A stretch of DNA of 64,000 bases from Pseudomonas aeruginosa PAO1 (GCF_000006765.1 NC_002516.2); one strand, 5' to 3'. Counted from the first letter of the stretch, positions 8,312 through 18,666 are shown. A program made the numbers and translations. The notes: generated by a model not told the origin, from the sequence alone.

Positions 8312-10594
8312 TCAGTCTTCCGGCAGCGCCACGGGCGGCAGGTCGAAGCGCAGCGCTTCCGCCGGTTGCGGCCGTCCGTACCAGTAGCCTTGGCCGAAGT
8401 CGCAGCCATGTTCGCGCAGGAACAGCGCCTGGTCCTGGTGCTCGATACCCTCGGCAACCACCCGCAGGCCCATGCTTTGCGCCAGGGCAACGATCGCACG
8501 GGCGATCGCGGCGTCGTCCACCGCGCCGGGCAGGCCGGCGACGAAGCCCTGGTCGATCTTCAGCTTGTGTACCGGCAGCCGCTTGAGGCGCATCAGCGAG
8601 GAATAGCCGGTGCCGAAGTCGTCGATGGCCAGGTTCACGCCGAGGATGCGCAGGCGGCAGAGCAGGTTGAGGGACTGTTCGAAGTCCTCCATCACCGCGC
8701 TTTCGGTGACTTCCAGCTCCAGGTAGCGGGGCTCCAGCCCGGACTCTTCCAGGGCGTTGGCGATCCTTTCTTCCAGGCCGCCGCGGTTGAACAGCCGGCT
8801 GGAGACGTTGACCGCGACGAACTCCAGCTCGACGCCGCGCTGTTGCCACTCGCGCATCTGCCGGCAGGCACGCTTGAGCACCCAATTGTCCAGCGCGGCG
8901 ATCAGCCCGCATTCCTCCGCCACCGGGACGAACTCGCCTGGCGGCACCAGGCCGCGCTCGGGATGCTGCCAGCGCACCAGCGACTCGACGCCGACGATCC
9001 GCCCGCTGGCCAGGTCGTGCACCGGCTGGTAGTGGACGCGCAGTTCGTCGTGCTCCAGCGCATGGCGCAGGGCCGACTCCACCTGGACATGGGCGCGGGC
9101 CCGGGCGGTCAGCACGCGGGTGTAGAAGGCGTAGGCGTTACGCCCGCTGTCCTTGGCCTGGAACAGCGCGGCGTCGGCATGCTGCATCAGGTGGTCGACG
9201 TCGCTGGCGTCTTCCGGGTAGAGGCTGACACCGAGGCTGGCGCTGATATAGATCGGCTGGCAGTGGATGTCGAACGGCGCGTTGAAACCGTCGAGGATGC
9301 GCTGTGAGAGTCGCGCGACGGCTTCCGGGTCGTCGTTCTCGACGAGGATGGCGAATTCGTCGCCGCCCAGTCGCGACAGCAGGCAGCGCTCGTCGAGCTG
9401 GTGTTGCAGGCGCTTGCTGACTTCCTTGAGGAGCATGTCGCCGGTGGTGTGGCCGAGGCTGTCGTTGATGTGCTTGAAGTGGTCGAGGTCGATCAGCAGC
9501 AGGGCCCCGGCCACCGTCCGGTCCTTGCCGTTCTCCAGCGCCTGCTCGATGCGCTCGCGCAGCAGCACGCGGTTGGGCAGGCCGGTCAGCGAGTCGTGGT
9601 GGGCGAGGAAGTCCAGTTCGTTCTCCGAGCGCTTGATGCTGCTCAGGTCGGAGAACACCCCGACGTAGTGGGTCAGTTGGCCCTGGTCGTTGCGCACCGC
9701 GCGGATGTGCAGCCACTGCGGGTAGATCTCGCCGCTCTTGCGACGGTTCCAGATCTCTCCGCTCCAGACGTCCTGCTCGCGCAGGGCCAGCCACAGGCGC
9801 TGGTAGAACGCCTGGTCCTGGCGGCCGGAGCGGAGGATCGCCGGGGTCTTGCCGAGCACGTCCTCGGAACGGTAGCCGGTGATGCGCTCGAAGGAAGGGT
9901 TGACGTGCACGATCACCGCCTGGGCATCGGTGACCAGAACGCCCTCGCGGGTGCTGTCGAATACCGCCGCGGCCTGGCGCAGGTGGTCTTCCTTGAGCCG
10001 CTGCAGGGTGATGTCGCGGGCCACGCCGGTGTAGTGCAGCGGCTTGCCCAGGGCGTCGCGGAGGACCCGGCCGCGCGAGTGGATCCAGCGGTAGTCGCCG
10101 TCCTTGTGGCGCAGGCGGTAGATGTGGTCGAGATTGTCGGTCAGGCCCTGCAGGTGGTTGCGGTGGGCCTCCAGCACGGTGGCGTACTCTTCCGGGTGCA
10201 GGCGCTTCTTCCAGGTCTCGATGGGGTCGCCGAGTTCCTCCGGAGCGAGGCCGATCAGCGCGGCGTAGCCCGGCGAGACGAACATCCGGTCGGTCACCAG
10301 GTCCCAGTCCCAGAGTCCGTCGCGCACCGCTTCCAGGGCGCGGTTCAGGCGCTGCTCGCTGCCGTGCAGTTCGTCGTAGGCCTGGGCCTTGCGGCGGAAC
10401 TGGCGTACCAGGTAGAGGTACAGGAGCAGGCCGGTTGCGGCGAAGAAGAACAGCCGCTTGGCGGTCATCCAGAACACCAGTTGGTCGTGGTCCTGGACCT
10501 GGTTTTGTAACAAATGATCGCTCAGGAACGCCCAGGCGATGGCGATTGCGAGATAAGCCAGGCTCAGGCGAAGGGCACTCAGGCGGGGGCTCAT
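8312..10594 (-). CDS. pipA: membrane-anchored PAS-PAS-GGDEF-EAL c-di-GMP phosphodiesterase (PA0285-like)
   Basis: two N-terminal TM helices, two PAS/PAC domains, SRLGGDEF, ESL variant of EAL, AIDDFGTGYSSL; gene name from recall. Confidence 0.88.
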   Translation of the reverse strand: MSPRLSALRLSLAYLAIAIAWAFLSDHLLQNQVQDHDQLVFWMTAKRLFFFAATGLLLYLYLVRQFRRKAQAYDELHGSEQRLNRALEAVRDGLWDWDLVTDRMFVSPGYAALIGLAPEELGDPIETWKKRLHPEEYATVLEAHRNHLQGLTDNLDHIYRLRHKDGDYRWIHSRGRVLRDALGKPLHYTGVARDITLQRLKEDHLRQAAAVFDSTREGVLVTDAQAVIVHVNPSFERITGYRSEDVLGKTPAILRSGRQDQAFYQRLWLALREQDVWSGEIWNRRKSGEIYPQWLHIRAVRNDQGQLTHYVGVFSDLSSIKRSENELDFLAHHDSLTGLPNRVLLRERIEQALENGKDRTVAGALLLIDLDHFKHINDSLGHTTGDMLLKEVSKRLQHQLDERCLLSRLGGDEFAILVENDDPEAVARLSQRILDGFNAPFDIHCQPIYISASLGVSLYPEDASDVDHLMQHADAALFQAKDSGRNAYAFYTRVLTARARAHVQVESALRHALEHDELRVHYQPVHDLASGRIVGVESLVRWQHPERGLVPPGEFVPVAEECGLIAALDNWVLKRACRQMREWQQRGVELEFVAVNVSSRLFNRGGLEERIANALEESGLEPRYLELEVTESAVMEDFEQSLNLLCRLRILGVNLAIDDFGTGYSSLMRLKRLPVHKLKIDQGFVAGLPGAVDDAAIARAIVALAQSMGLRVVAEGIEHQDQALFLREHGCDFGQGYWYGRPQPAEALRFDLPPVALPED

Positions 10595-10765
10595 GGGATT
10601 TTCAGTGGGCAATTATTGGCCGGGCAGTATAAATGATGGCCATCCGGCCCTGTTCATATCTAAAAGAACGGATGGTAATCCCCAGCCGCTTGGTGATAAT
10701 GCCCCCAGGTTTTGTCAGACAAGGCCCTCATCACTCCCAAGTCCCCCCGAGGTTCAGTACCGCCT

Positions 10766-11944
10766 ATGTGGTTCAACGGTTTTCTCGACCTGTCGCCGTG
10801 GCAACTGGTGGCAGTTACCCTGGTGCTGACGCATATCACCATCGTCAGCGTGACCGTCTACCTGCATCGCTATTCCGCCCACCGTGCACTCGACCTGCAC
10901 CCCGCGCTGCAGCACTTCTTCCGTTTCTGGTTGTGGTTGACCACAGGGATGAACACGCGCGAATGGACCGCTATCCACCGTAAGCACCATGCCAAGTGCG
11001 AGACCGTCGAGGATCCGCACAGCCCGGTGCACAAGGGCCTGTTCACCGTCCTGCGCGCAGGCGCGGAGCTGTACAAGGCCGAGGCGAAGAACCAGGACAC
11101 CCTGCGCATCTACGGCAAGAACTGCCCGGACGACTGGATCGAGCGCAATCTCTACTCGCGCTTCCCGATCGGCGGCGTGGTGCTGATGGCGCTCATCGAC
11201 CTGGCCCTGTTCGGCGCCCTTGGCCTGACCGTCTGGGCCGTGCAGATGGTATGGATTCCGTTCTGGGCCGCCGGCGTGGTCAACGGCCTCGGCCACGCGG
11301 TCGGCTATCGCAACTTCGAATGCCGCGACGCCGCCACCAACCTGGTGCCCTGGGGCATCCTCATCGGCGGCGAAGAGCTGCACAACAACCACCACACCTA
11401 CCCGAACTCGGCCAAGCTGTCGGTGAAGAAGTGGGAATTCGACCTGGGCTGGGCCTGGATCAAGCTGTTCAGCTTCCTGCGCCTGGCCAGGGTCGCCCGG
11501 GTCGCGCCGATCGCCCATCGGGTCGAGGGCAAGCACAGCCTGGACATGGACACCGCCATGGCGATCCTCAACAACCGCTTCCAGATCATGGCGCAGTACC
11601 GCAAGCTGGTGATCGCGCCGCTGGTCAAGCAGGAAGTGGCCAAGGCCGACGAGTCGGTGCGCCACCTGTTCCGCCGCGCCAAGCGCCTGCTGTCGCGCGA
11701 GACCAGCCTGCTGCAGGACCGCCACCACGTGCGCATCGACTCGATGCTCGCCCACAGCCAGGCGCTGAAGGTGATCTACGAGAAGCGCCTGGCGTTGCAG
11801 CAGATCTGGGCCAAGACCAGCGCCAACGGCCACGACATGCTGGCGGCGATCAAGGACTGGGTGCATGAGGCGGAAGCCAGCGGTATCCAGTCGCTGAAGG
11901 AGTTCGCCGCGCAACTGAAGACCTACTCGCTGCGTCCCGCCTGA
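10766..11944 (+). CDS. desA: delta-9 fatty acid desaturase
   Basis: His boxes HRYSAH, HRKHH, HNNHH; start MWFNGFLDL at 10766. Confidence 0.95.
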   Translation: MWFNGFLDLSPWQLVAVTLVLTHITIVSVTVYLHRYSAHRALDLHPALQHFFRFWLWLTTGMNTREWTAIHRKHHAKCETVEDPHSPVHKGLFTVLRAGAELYKAEAKNQDTLRIYGKNCPDDWIERNLYSRFPIGGVVLMALIDLALFGALGLTVWAVQMVWIPFWAAGVVNGLGHAVGYRNFECRDAATNLVPWGILIGGEELHNNHHTYPNSAKLSVKKWEFDLGWAWIKLFSFLRLARVARVAPIAHRVEGKHSLDMDTAMAILNNRFQIMAQYRKLVIAPLVKQEVAKADESVRHLFRRAKRLLSRETSLLQDRHHVRIDSMLAHSQALKVIYEKRLALQQIWAKTSANGHDMLAAIKDWVHEAEASGIQSLKEFAAQLKTYSLRPA

Positions 11945-12174
11945 CGCCCCTGGCGCGCCCTCGCGGGTGCGTCAGCCGCCTCTGCAACGCGCCGGCTCCT
12001 GCCGGCGCGTTGCGTTTCGGCGTCGCCAGTGCGACGCCCCGCCGATACTTCTCTTCCTCCGCAAGTCGACTTGCCTGATCCGGGATTCAGCCCGGGCGGC
12101 GCCCGGCCTATCTTCGGCGTGCCCAGGCGCCACGCCGGGCGTCACGCAGAACAACAAGAAAAGGAGCGCGGGCG

Positions 12175-13560
12175 ATGTTGCTGGATTACCTGATCATGCT
12201 GGTCTACGCCCTGGCCATGCTGGGCCTGGGCTGGTACGGAATGCGCAAGGCGAAGAGCCAGAGCGATTTCCTCGTCGCCGGACGCCGCCTCGGCCCCGGC
12301 CTCTACCTGGGAACCATGGCCGCGGTGGTGCTCGGCGGCGCGTCGACCATTGGTACGGTCAAGCTCGGCTACCAGTTCGGCCTGTCCGGCTTGTGGCTGG
12401 TGTTCATGCTCGGCCTGGGGATCATCGTCCTCAGCCTGGTGTTCTCGCGGCAGATCGCGCGCCTGCGGGTGTTCACCGTGACCCAGGTGCTGGAGCAGCG
12501 CTACCAGGCCTCCTCGCGCCTGATCGGCGGGGTGGTCATGGTCGCCTACGACCTGATGGTGGCGGTCACCGCGACCATCGCCATCGGCTCGGTCACCGAG
12601 GTGGTATTCGGCATCCCGCGGATCCCGGCGATCCTCTGCGGTGGCGGGATCGTCATCGTCTATTCGGTGATCGGCGGCATGTGGTCCCTTACGCTGACCG
12701 ACATCATCCAGTTCGTGATCAAGACCGTCGGTATCTTCCTGGTCCTGCTGCCGTTGTCGATCGACGGCGCCGGTGGCCTGGCGCGCATGCAGGAGGTGCT
12801 GCCGGCGGGCTTCTTCGACCTCGGCCACATCGGCCTGGATACCATCCTCACCTACTTCCTCCTGTACTTCTTCGGCGCGCTGATCGGCCAGGACATCTGG
12901 CAGCGGGTGTTCACCGCGCGCAGCGAGACGGTGGTGCGCTACGCCGGGCTTGGCGCCGGCGTCTACTGCATGCTCTACGGCGCCGCCTGCGCGCTGATCG
13001 GCGCGGCGGCGCGGGTCCTCCTGCCGGACCTGGCGGTGCCGGAGAACGCCTACGCCGAGATCACCCGCGAGGTACTGGCGCCGGGCCTGCGCGGCCTGGT
13101 GGTGGCGGCCGCGCTGTCGGCGATCATGTCCACCGCCAGCGGGTGCCTGCTGGCAGCGGCCACCGTGCTGCAGGAAGACATCTACGCGCGCTTCCTGCGC
13201 CCCGGTACCACCAGCGACATCCGCCTGAGCCGTTGCATCACCCTGCTGATGGGCGTGGCGATGCTGGTCCTGGCGTGCCTGGTCAACGACGTCATCGCGG
13301 CCCTGAGCATCGCCTACAACCTGCTGGTCGGCGGCCTGCTGGTGCCGATCGTCGGCGCGCTGCTGTGGCGTCGGGCCAGTCCGCAGGGAGCGATCGCCAG
13401 CATCGTCGCCGGTTGCCTGGCGGTGATCGCCTGCATGGCCCGCGACGGCCTGCTCGCCAACTCGCCGATCGTCTACGGCCTGCTGGCCAGCCTGGCGACC
13501 TTCGTCGCGGTCAGCCTGGCTACCCGTCCTGCCGCCAGCCTGCGAGCCCAGCCGGAATGA
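12175..13560 (+). CDS. gpuP: 3-guanidinopropionate transporter (sodium:solute symporter family)
   Basis: FLVAGRRLG, multi-TM, LSAIMSTAS; AGGAG SD; upstream of a ureohydrolase. Confidence 0.9.
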   Translation: MLLDYLIMLVYALAMLGLGWYGMRKAKSQSDFLVAGRRLGPGLYLGTMAAVVLGGASTIGTVKLGYQFGLSGLWLVFMLGLGIIVLSLVFSRQIARLRVFTVTQVLEQRYQASSRLIGGVVMVAYDLMVAVTATIAIGSVTEVVFGIPRIPAILCGGGIVIVYSVIGGMWSLTLTDIIQFVIKTVGIFLVLLPLSIDGAGGLARMQEVLPAGFFDLGHIGLDTILTYFLLYFFGALIGQDIWQRVFTARSETVVRYAGLGAGVYCMLYGAACALIGAAARVLLPDLAVPENAYAEITREVLAPGLRGLVVAAALSAIMSTASGCLLAAATVLQEDIYARFLRPGTTSDIRLSRCITLLMGVAMLVLACLVNDVIAALSIAYNLLVGGLLVPIVGALLWRRASPQGAIASIVAGCLAVIACMARDGLLANSPIVYGLLASLATFVAVSLATRPAASLRAQPE

Positions 13561-13615
13561 ACCCACCGCGCCGGGCGGCGCCCGGCGCTTTCTTCCCGCC
13601 ACACGGAGACGCCCC

Positions 13616-14572
13616 ATGTCGAACGACCATCCGCAGCCCCTCGACGCCGCCGAGATTCCCCGCTTCGCCGGTATCCCGACCTTCATGCGCCTGCCGGCGT
13701 TCACCGACCCGGCGGCGCTGCAGGTCGGCCTGATCGGCGTGCCCTGGGATGGCGGCACCACCAACCGCGCCGGTGCCCGCCATGGCCCGCGCGAGGTGCG
13801 CAACCTGTCCAGCCTGATGCGCAAGGTGCATCACGTCAGCCGCATCGCGCCCTACGACCTGGTGCGGGTCGGCGATCTCGGCGACGCGCCGGTGAATCCC
13901 ATCGACCTGCTCGATTCGCTGCGCCGCATCGAAGGCTTCTATCGCCAGGTCCATGCCGCCGGTACCCTGCCGCTGTCGGTCGGTGGCGACCACCTGGTGA
14001 CCCTGCCGATCTTTCGCGCCCTGGGTCGCGAGCGGCCGCTGGGCATGGTGCATTTCGATGCGCATTCCGATACCAACGACCGCTACTTCGGCGACAACCC
14101 CTACACCCACGGCACGCCATTCCGCCGAGCCATAGAGGAAGGCCTGCTCGATCCGCTGCGCACGGTGCAGATCGGCATCCGCGGCTCGGTGTATTCGCCG
14201 GACGACGACGCTTTCGCCCGCGAGTGCGGCATCCGCGTGATCCACATGGAGGAGTTCGTCGAACTGGGCGTCGAGGCGACCCTGGCCGAAGCGCGGCGGG
14301 TGGTGGGCGCCGGGCCGACCTATGTGAGTTTCGACGTCGACGTGCTCGACCCGGCCTTCGCGCCCGGCACCGGCACCCCGGAGATCGGCGGCATGACCAG
14401 CCTCCAGGCCCAGCAGCTGGTCCGCGGCCTGCGCGGGCTGGACCTGGTCGGCGCCGACGTGGTGGAAGTCTCGCCGCCGTTCGATGTCGGCGGCGCCACG
14501 GCGCTGGTGGGGGCGACCATGATGTTCGAGCTGCTCTGCCTGCTTGCCGAGTCGGCCGCGCGAAGCGCCTGA
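13616..14572 (+). CDS. gpuA: guanidinopropionase (ureohydrolase family)
   Basis: GGDHLVT, HFDAHSD, SFDVDVLDPAFAPGTGTP Mn-binding motifs. Confidence 0.93.
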   Translation: MSNDHPQPLDAAEIPRFAGIPTFMRLPAFTDPAALQVGLIGVPWDGGTTNRAGARHGPREVRNLSSLMRKVHHVSRIAPYDLVRVGDLGDAPVNPIDLLDSLRRIEGFYRQVHAAGTLPLSVGGDHLVTLPIFRALGRERPLGMVHFDAHSDTNDRYFGDNPYTHGTPFRRAIEEGLLDPLRTVQIGIRGSVYSPDDDAFARECGIRVIHMEEFVELGVEATLAEARRVVGAGPTYVSFDVDVLDPAFAPGTGTPEIGGMTSLQAQQLVRGLRGLDLVGADVVEVSPPFDVGGATALVGATMMFELLCLLAESAARSA

Positions 14573-14636
14573 CGGCGTTCCGCCGGCCCGGCTTTGGCGC
14601 TATAACGAAGGCGGACCGAACGCCATGGGGGCGGGA

Positions 14637-15587
14637 ATGCTGGGCAACATCAACGACATCGACCTGCGCATGCTGCGCACCTTCTGCGCCATCGTCGAGG
14701 CCGGCGGCTTCACTGCCGCCCAGGCGCGCCTGAACACCAGCCTGTCGCGCCTGAGCGTGCTGGTGCGCGACTTGGAGGTGCGCCTGGGCTATTCCCTGTG
14801 CCGGCGCGGCAACGGCGGTTTCCAGTTGACCGAGGAGGGACAGGAACTCTACGACGCCGCGCTCGGCCTGTTCAGCGACATCGCCCGTTTTCGCGAGCAG
14901 GTCCGCGGCCTCGGCGGGCGCGATCGCGAGGCGTTGCACCTGGGCTGCGTCGATGGCGTCATCGGCCAGCATTGCCTGCCGTTGCCGCTGGCCATCCGGC
15001 TGTTTCGCCAGCGCGCCCCGGAGGTGCTGCTCAAGCTGCACACGCGGCGTCCCGACGAACTCGAACACGCGGTGCTGGAAGAGCGCCTGCAACTGGCGGT
15101 GGGGGCCTTTCACCACCGGTTGTCCGGGCTCTACTACCAACCCCTGTTCCGCGAGGAGCAGAACCTCTATTGCGGCAGCGCGCACCCCTTCTTCGCCCGG
15201 GCGGACGACGAGCCGACGCTGGGCGAGATCTGCGCCGCCGACTATGTCGGCCGCGGCTACATGGCGGAAAACCATCGCCCGCACGACCTGCGCTTCAACC
15301 AGGGGACCGACGCCTACACCATGGAGGCCATCGCTACCCTGGTCTTCAGCGGCACCTACATCGGCTACCTGCCGACGCACTATGCCGCCACCTGGGTCGC
15401 CGAAGGGCGCATGCGGGCGATCCGGCCACGGCAACTGGCCTACGACTCGGAATTCCATTGCATTACCCGCCAGGGACACGAAGAACGACCGACCCTGACC
15501 CTGTTCCTGCGCTCGCTGTTCGAGGCGCAGAAACAACTGGGCGTGCAGGTGCCGGCGAATACGAACGGTATCGCTCGGCAACTGTGA
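14637..15587 (+). CDS. gpuR: LysR-family regulator
   Basis: DLRMLRTFCAIVEAGGFTAAQARL HTH; alternative start at 14625. Confidence 0.9.
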   Translation: MLGNINDIDLRMLRTFCAIVEAGGFTAAQARLNTSLSRLSVLVRDLEVRLGYSLCRRGNGGFQLTEEGQELYDAALGLFSDIARFREQVRGLGGRDREALHLGCVDGVIGQHCLPLPLAIRLFRQRAPEVLLKLHTRRPDELEHAVLEERLQLAVGAFHHRLSGLYYQPLFREEQNLYCGSAHPFFARADDEPTLGEICAADYVGRGYMAENHRPHDLRFNQGTDAYTMEAIATLVFSGTYIGYLPTHYAATWVAEGRMRAIRPRQLAYDSEFHCITRQGHEERPTLTLFLRSLFEAQKQLGVQVPANTNGIARQL

Positions 15588-15699
15588 CCGAGCGCACTGG
15601 CTGGAGCCTTTCCCTGCCGTTCGGCGGGCATTTCTGTATCGTCGCGACCCCTGCGCTAAGTTGGCGGTCGAACCCGTTCCGCGAGCAGAGCGACGATCC

Positions 15700-16671
15700 A
15701 TGGACGACCTAACCGGCATTCCCGAAGACCCGCAGGAGGCCGCGCTGGCCTTGCTGCACAGCCGTGCCGAAGTGGCCCGGCTGAAGGAGCGCGAGCAACT
15801 CTTCAGCGCCTTGCTGGCCAGCGTCAACTCGGTGCTCTGGGCCTACGACTGGCAGAACCGGCGAATGGTCTACGTCAGCCCCGCCTACGAGAAAATCTTC
15901 GGCCGTTCCGCGGCGCTGCTGCTGGCGGACTACGAGGAGTGGCGCAACAGCATCTACCCGGACGACCTCGACTACGCCGACAGCAGCCTGCTGCAGGTGC
16001 TCGAACGTGGCGCCGTGGAACAACGCGAATACCGCATCGTGCGCGGCGACGGCGAGGTCCGCTGGCTCAACGACAAGTGCTTCGTCAGTCGCCAGGGCGA
16101 GGCGGGACTGCCGCTGATGGTGGTGGGCATCGCCGAGGACATCACCGACAAGAAGCACATGGAGAGCGAGCTGCAACGGTTGGCCACCACCGACGTGCTG
16201 ACCCAGAGCAGCAACCGTCGCTATTTCTTCGACAGTGCCGAGGCGGCCTTCAAGGAGTGTCGCCGCGAGGGGATACCGTTGGCGTTCCTGCTGCTGGACG
16301 TCGATGACTTCAAGAAGATCAACGACCGCTTCGGCCACCAGGTCGGCGACCAGGTCCTCCAGCGTATCGCCCAGAGCGGCAGTGCCGCGTTGCGCCGTGG
16401 CGACCTGTTCGGGCGGATCGGCGGCGAGGAGTTCGCCGTGCTGCTGCCCGGCTGCGACGAGCAGACCGCGCGACAGATCGGCGAACGCCTGCAGCGCGAG
16501 GTGCAACGCCTGCGCTTCCAGGAGGGCGAGCACAGCTTCGGGATCACCGTCAGCCAGGGCCTGACGGTCCTCCAGGCCGATGACGAGGGACTCGGTGCCC
16601 TCTACAGCCGGGCCGACGCCGCGATGTACTCGGCCAAGCGCCAGGGCAAGGACTGCATCGTCGTGGGCTGA
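15700..16671 (+). CDS. PAS-GGDEF diguanylate cyclase
   Basis: PAS (YVSPAYEKIFG), GGEEF, RxxD I-site (RRGD) 5 residues upstream of GGEEF. Confidence 0.92.
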   Translation: MDDLTGIPEDPQEAALALLHSRAEVARLKEREQLFSALLASVNSVLWAYDWQNRRMVYVSPAYEKIFGRSAALLLADYEEWRNSIYPDDLDYADSSLLQVLERGAVEQREYRIVRGDGEVRWLNDKCFVSRQGEAGLPLMVVGIAEDITDKKHMESELQRLATTDVLTQSSNRRYFFDSAEAAFKECRREGIPLAFLLLDVDDFKKINDRFGHQVGDQVLQRIAQSGSAALRRGDLFGRIGGEEFAVLLPGCDEQTARQIGERLQREVQRLRFQEGEHSFGITVSQGLTVLQADDEGLGALYSRADAAMYSAKRQGKDCIVVG

Positions 16672-16993
16672 CCGCTGGGCAAACGTTTCCGTTTTGTCGA
16701 CGGCGCCACGGAATACCTCTTTGGGGAGGCGACCGGCAGGTCGCGGCTGCGGTACAATATTCCTTAAAGCTATTAAATATGAATAATTAATTCTTTTTAG
16801 GTTTATTGCGGATATTTTACTGTTTATTACCCACGCGCTATAAAGCGCGGGAAATAACGATTTCTGAAACGTGGCGGTAACTCGCCAGAAAGGAAGCTGT
16901 AATAGGCGGTTTTCTGCCGACACCCTTCGGCCCGTCAGCCGGGAGAAGGGCAGGAAGCCCGAGAGGACGCGAAGGCGGAGCCCGATGGAAAGA

Positions 16994-17010
16994 TTGGCTT
17001 ACAAATTGCC
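16994..17010 (+). promoter_or_regulatory. sigma54 (-24/-12) promoter upstream of oprE
   Basis: TTGGCTTACAAATTGCC: GG 16996-97 and GC 17008-09, canonical GG-N10-GC. Confidence 0.75.
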
Positions 17011-17066
17011 TTCACTGGCGGTGGGTCGAGACACCCGCCGCACAATAACAAGACACGAGTACGCCC

Positions 17067-17147
17067 ATGCACACGCTTCCGTTCGCTGCCTCCCTGCCTG
17101 CTTGCCTGCCCCGTCGTTCCATCGTCGCGGGTTGCGCCGTTTCCTGA
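17067..17147 (+). CDS. putative 26-aa uORF in the oprE leader (MHTLPFAASLPACLPRRSIVAGCAVS)
   Basis: ATG 17067 to TGA 17147; preceded by ACAATAACAA and a weak GAG SD. Confidence 0.35.
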   Translation: MHTLPFAASLPACLPRRSIVAGCAVS

Positions 17148-17283
17148 TCCATCGAATGCCGAGTTTCGCGCGCGCCATCTTCCGGGATGGTACGGCGCTC
17201 AGTGTTTCAACGACCGGTCGGGCCCACGCGTTCCACTTCCCCCGACCGGAAGACAATTAGCAATACCAATGGGGAAAAGACCA

Positions 17284-18666
17284 ATGAAGAGTCGCAAGAT
17301 CAACAAGTCACGACTGGCCCTGGCCATCACTGCCGGTACCCTCGGTGCCCTGGCGCAACAGGCGGTCGCCGCCGGTTTCATCGAGGACAGCAAGGCATCG
17401 CTGACCCTGCGCAACTTCTACATCAATACCGACAACCGCAATGGCACCGCCTCGCCGAGCAAGCAGGAAGAGTGGGGCCAGGGCTTCATCCTGAATTACC
17501 AGTCGGGCTTCACCCAGGGCACCGTCGGCTTCGGCGTCGACGCGCTGGGCCTGCTCGGCGTGCGCCTGGACGGCGGCGGCCGTGCCGGCAAGAGCGGCCT
17601 GGACCGCCAGCCGGGCACCGTGTTCCCGCTGGAAAGCAACGGCGAGCCGGTGCACGACTTCGCCAGCCTGGGCCTGACCGCCAAGGCCAAGGTGTCCAAC
17701 ACCGAGTTCCGCTACGGCACCCTGCAGCCGAAGCTGCCGGTGGTCACCTACAACGACGGCCGCCTGCTGCCGGTCACCTTCGAGGGCGGCCAGGTCACCT
17801 CGACCGACCTCAAGGACTTCACCCTGGTTGCCGGCCAACTGGAGCACTCCAAGGGCCGTAACTCCACCGACAACCGCAGCCTGAGCATCGCCGGCGCCAA
17901 CGGCAGCAGCGCCAGTTCGCGCGACAGCAACAAGTTCTACTACGCGGGTGGTGACTACAAGGTCAACAAGGACCTGACCCTGCAGTACTACTACGGCAAC
18001 CTGGACGACTTCTACAAGCAGCACTTCCTCGGCCTGATCCACAACTGGCAGATTGGCCCGGGCGTCCTGAAGACCGACCTGCGCGCCTTCGACAGCAGCT
18101 CCGACGGCAAGAACGGCAGCCGTTCCGGCCGTGCCGACGGCTACGTCAGCAGCGGCTACTACGGCAGCGGCGTGACCAAGGGCGAAGTCGACAACCGCGC
18201 CTTCAGCGGCCTCTTCACCTATACCGTCAGCGGCCACAGCATCGGCGCCGGCTACCAGATCCTCAACGGCGACAGTGACTTCCCGTTCCTGAACCGTGGC
18301 GATGGCGAAGGTTCTACCGCGTACCTGATCACCGATGTGCAGATCGGCAAGTTCCAGCGTGCCGGCGAGCGCACCTGGCAGGTCCGCTACGGCTACGACT
18401 TCGCCACCGTCGGCGTGCCGGGCCTGACCTTCAATACCATTTACCTGAGCGGCGACAAGATCAAGACCGCCCGCGGCGACCAGAGCGAGTGGGAACGCGA
18501 TATCTCCCTGGCCTACGTGATCCCGGACGGCACCTTCAAGGGCCTGGGCTTCACCTGGAAGAACGCCTCCTTCCGCAGCGGCCTGCCGGCTGCCGGTTCG
18601 AGCAACAACCAGCGCGACCAGGACGAGAACCGCCTGATCGTCAGCTACACCCTGCCGCTGCTGTAA
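17284..18666 (+). CDS. oprE: OprD-family outer membrane porin
   Basis: signal peptide; FIEDSKASLTLRNFY, WGQGF, SGFTQGTVGFGVD, EWERD, C-terminal RLIVSYTLPLL. Confidence 0.95.
   Translation: MKSRKINKSRLALAITAGTLGALAQQAVAAGFIEDSKASLTLRNFYINTDNRNGTASPSKQEEWGQGFILNYQSGFTQGTVGFGVDALGLLGVRLDGGGRAGKSGLDRQPGTVFPLESNGEPVHDFASLGLTAKAKVSNTEFRYGTLQPKLPVVTYNDGRLLPVTFEGGQVTSTDLKDFTLVAGQLEHSKGRNSTDNRSLSIAGANGSSASSRDSNKFYYAGGDYKVNKDLTLQYYYGNLDDFYKQHFLGLIHNWQIGPGVLKTDLRAFDSSSDGKNGSRSGRADGYVSSGYYGSGVTKGEVDNRAFSGLFTYTVSGHSIGAGYQILNGDSDFPFLNRGDGEGSTAYLITDVQIGKFQRAGERTWQVRYGYDFATVGVPGLTFNTIYLSGDKIKTARGDQSEWERDISLAYVIPDGTFKGLGFTWKNASFRSGLPAAGSSNNQRDQDENRLIVSYTLPLL

Noticed and set aside
16672-17283. ANR/FNR box for anaerobic control of oprE (also looked upstream of desA)
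   Set aside because: I found no TTGAT-N4-ATCAA match by eye.
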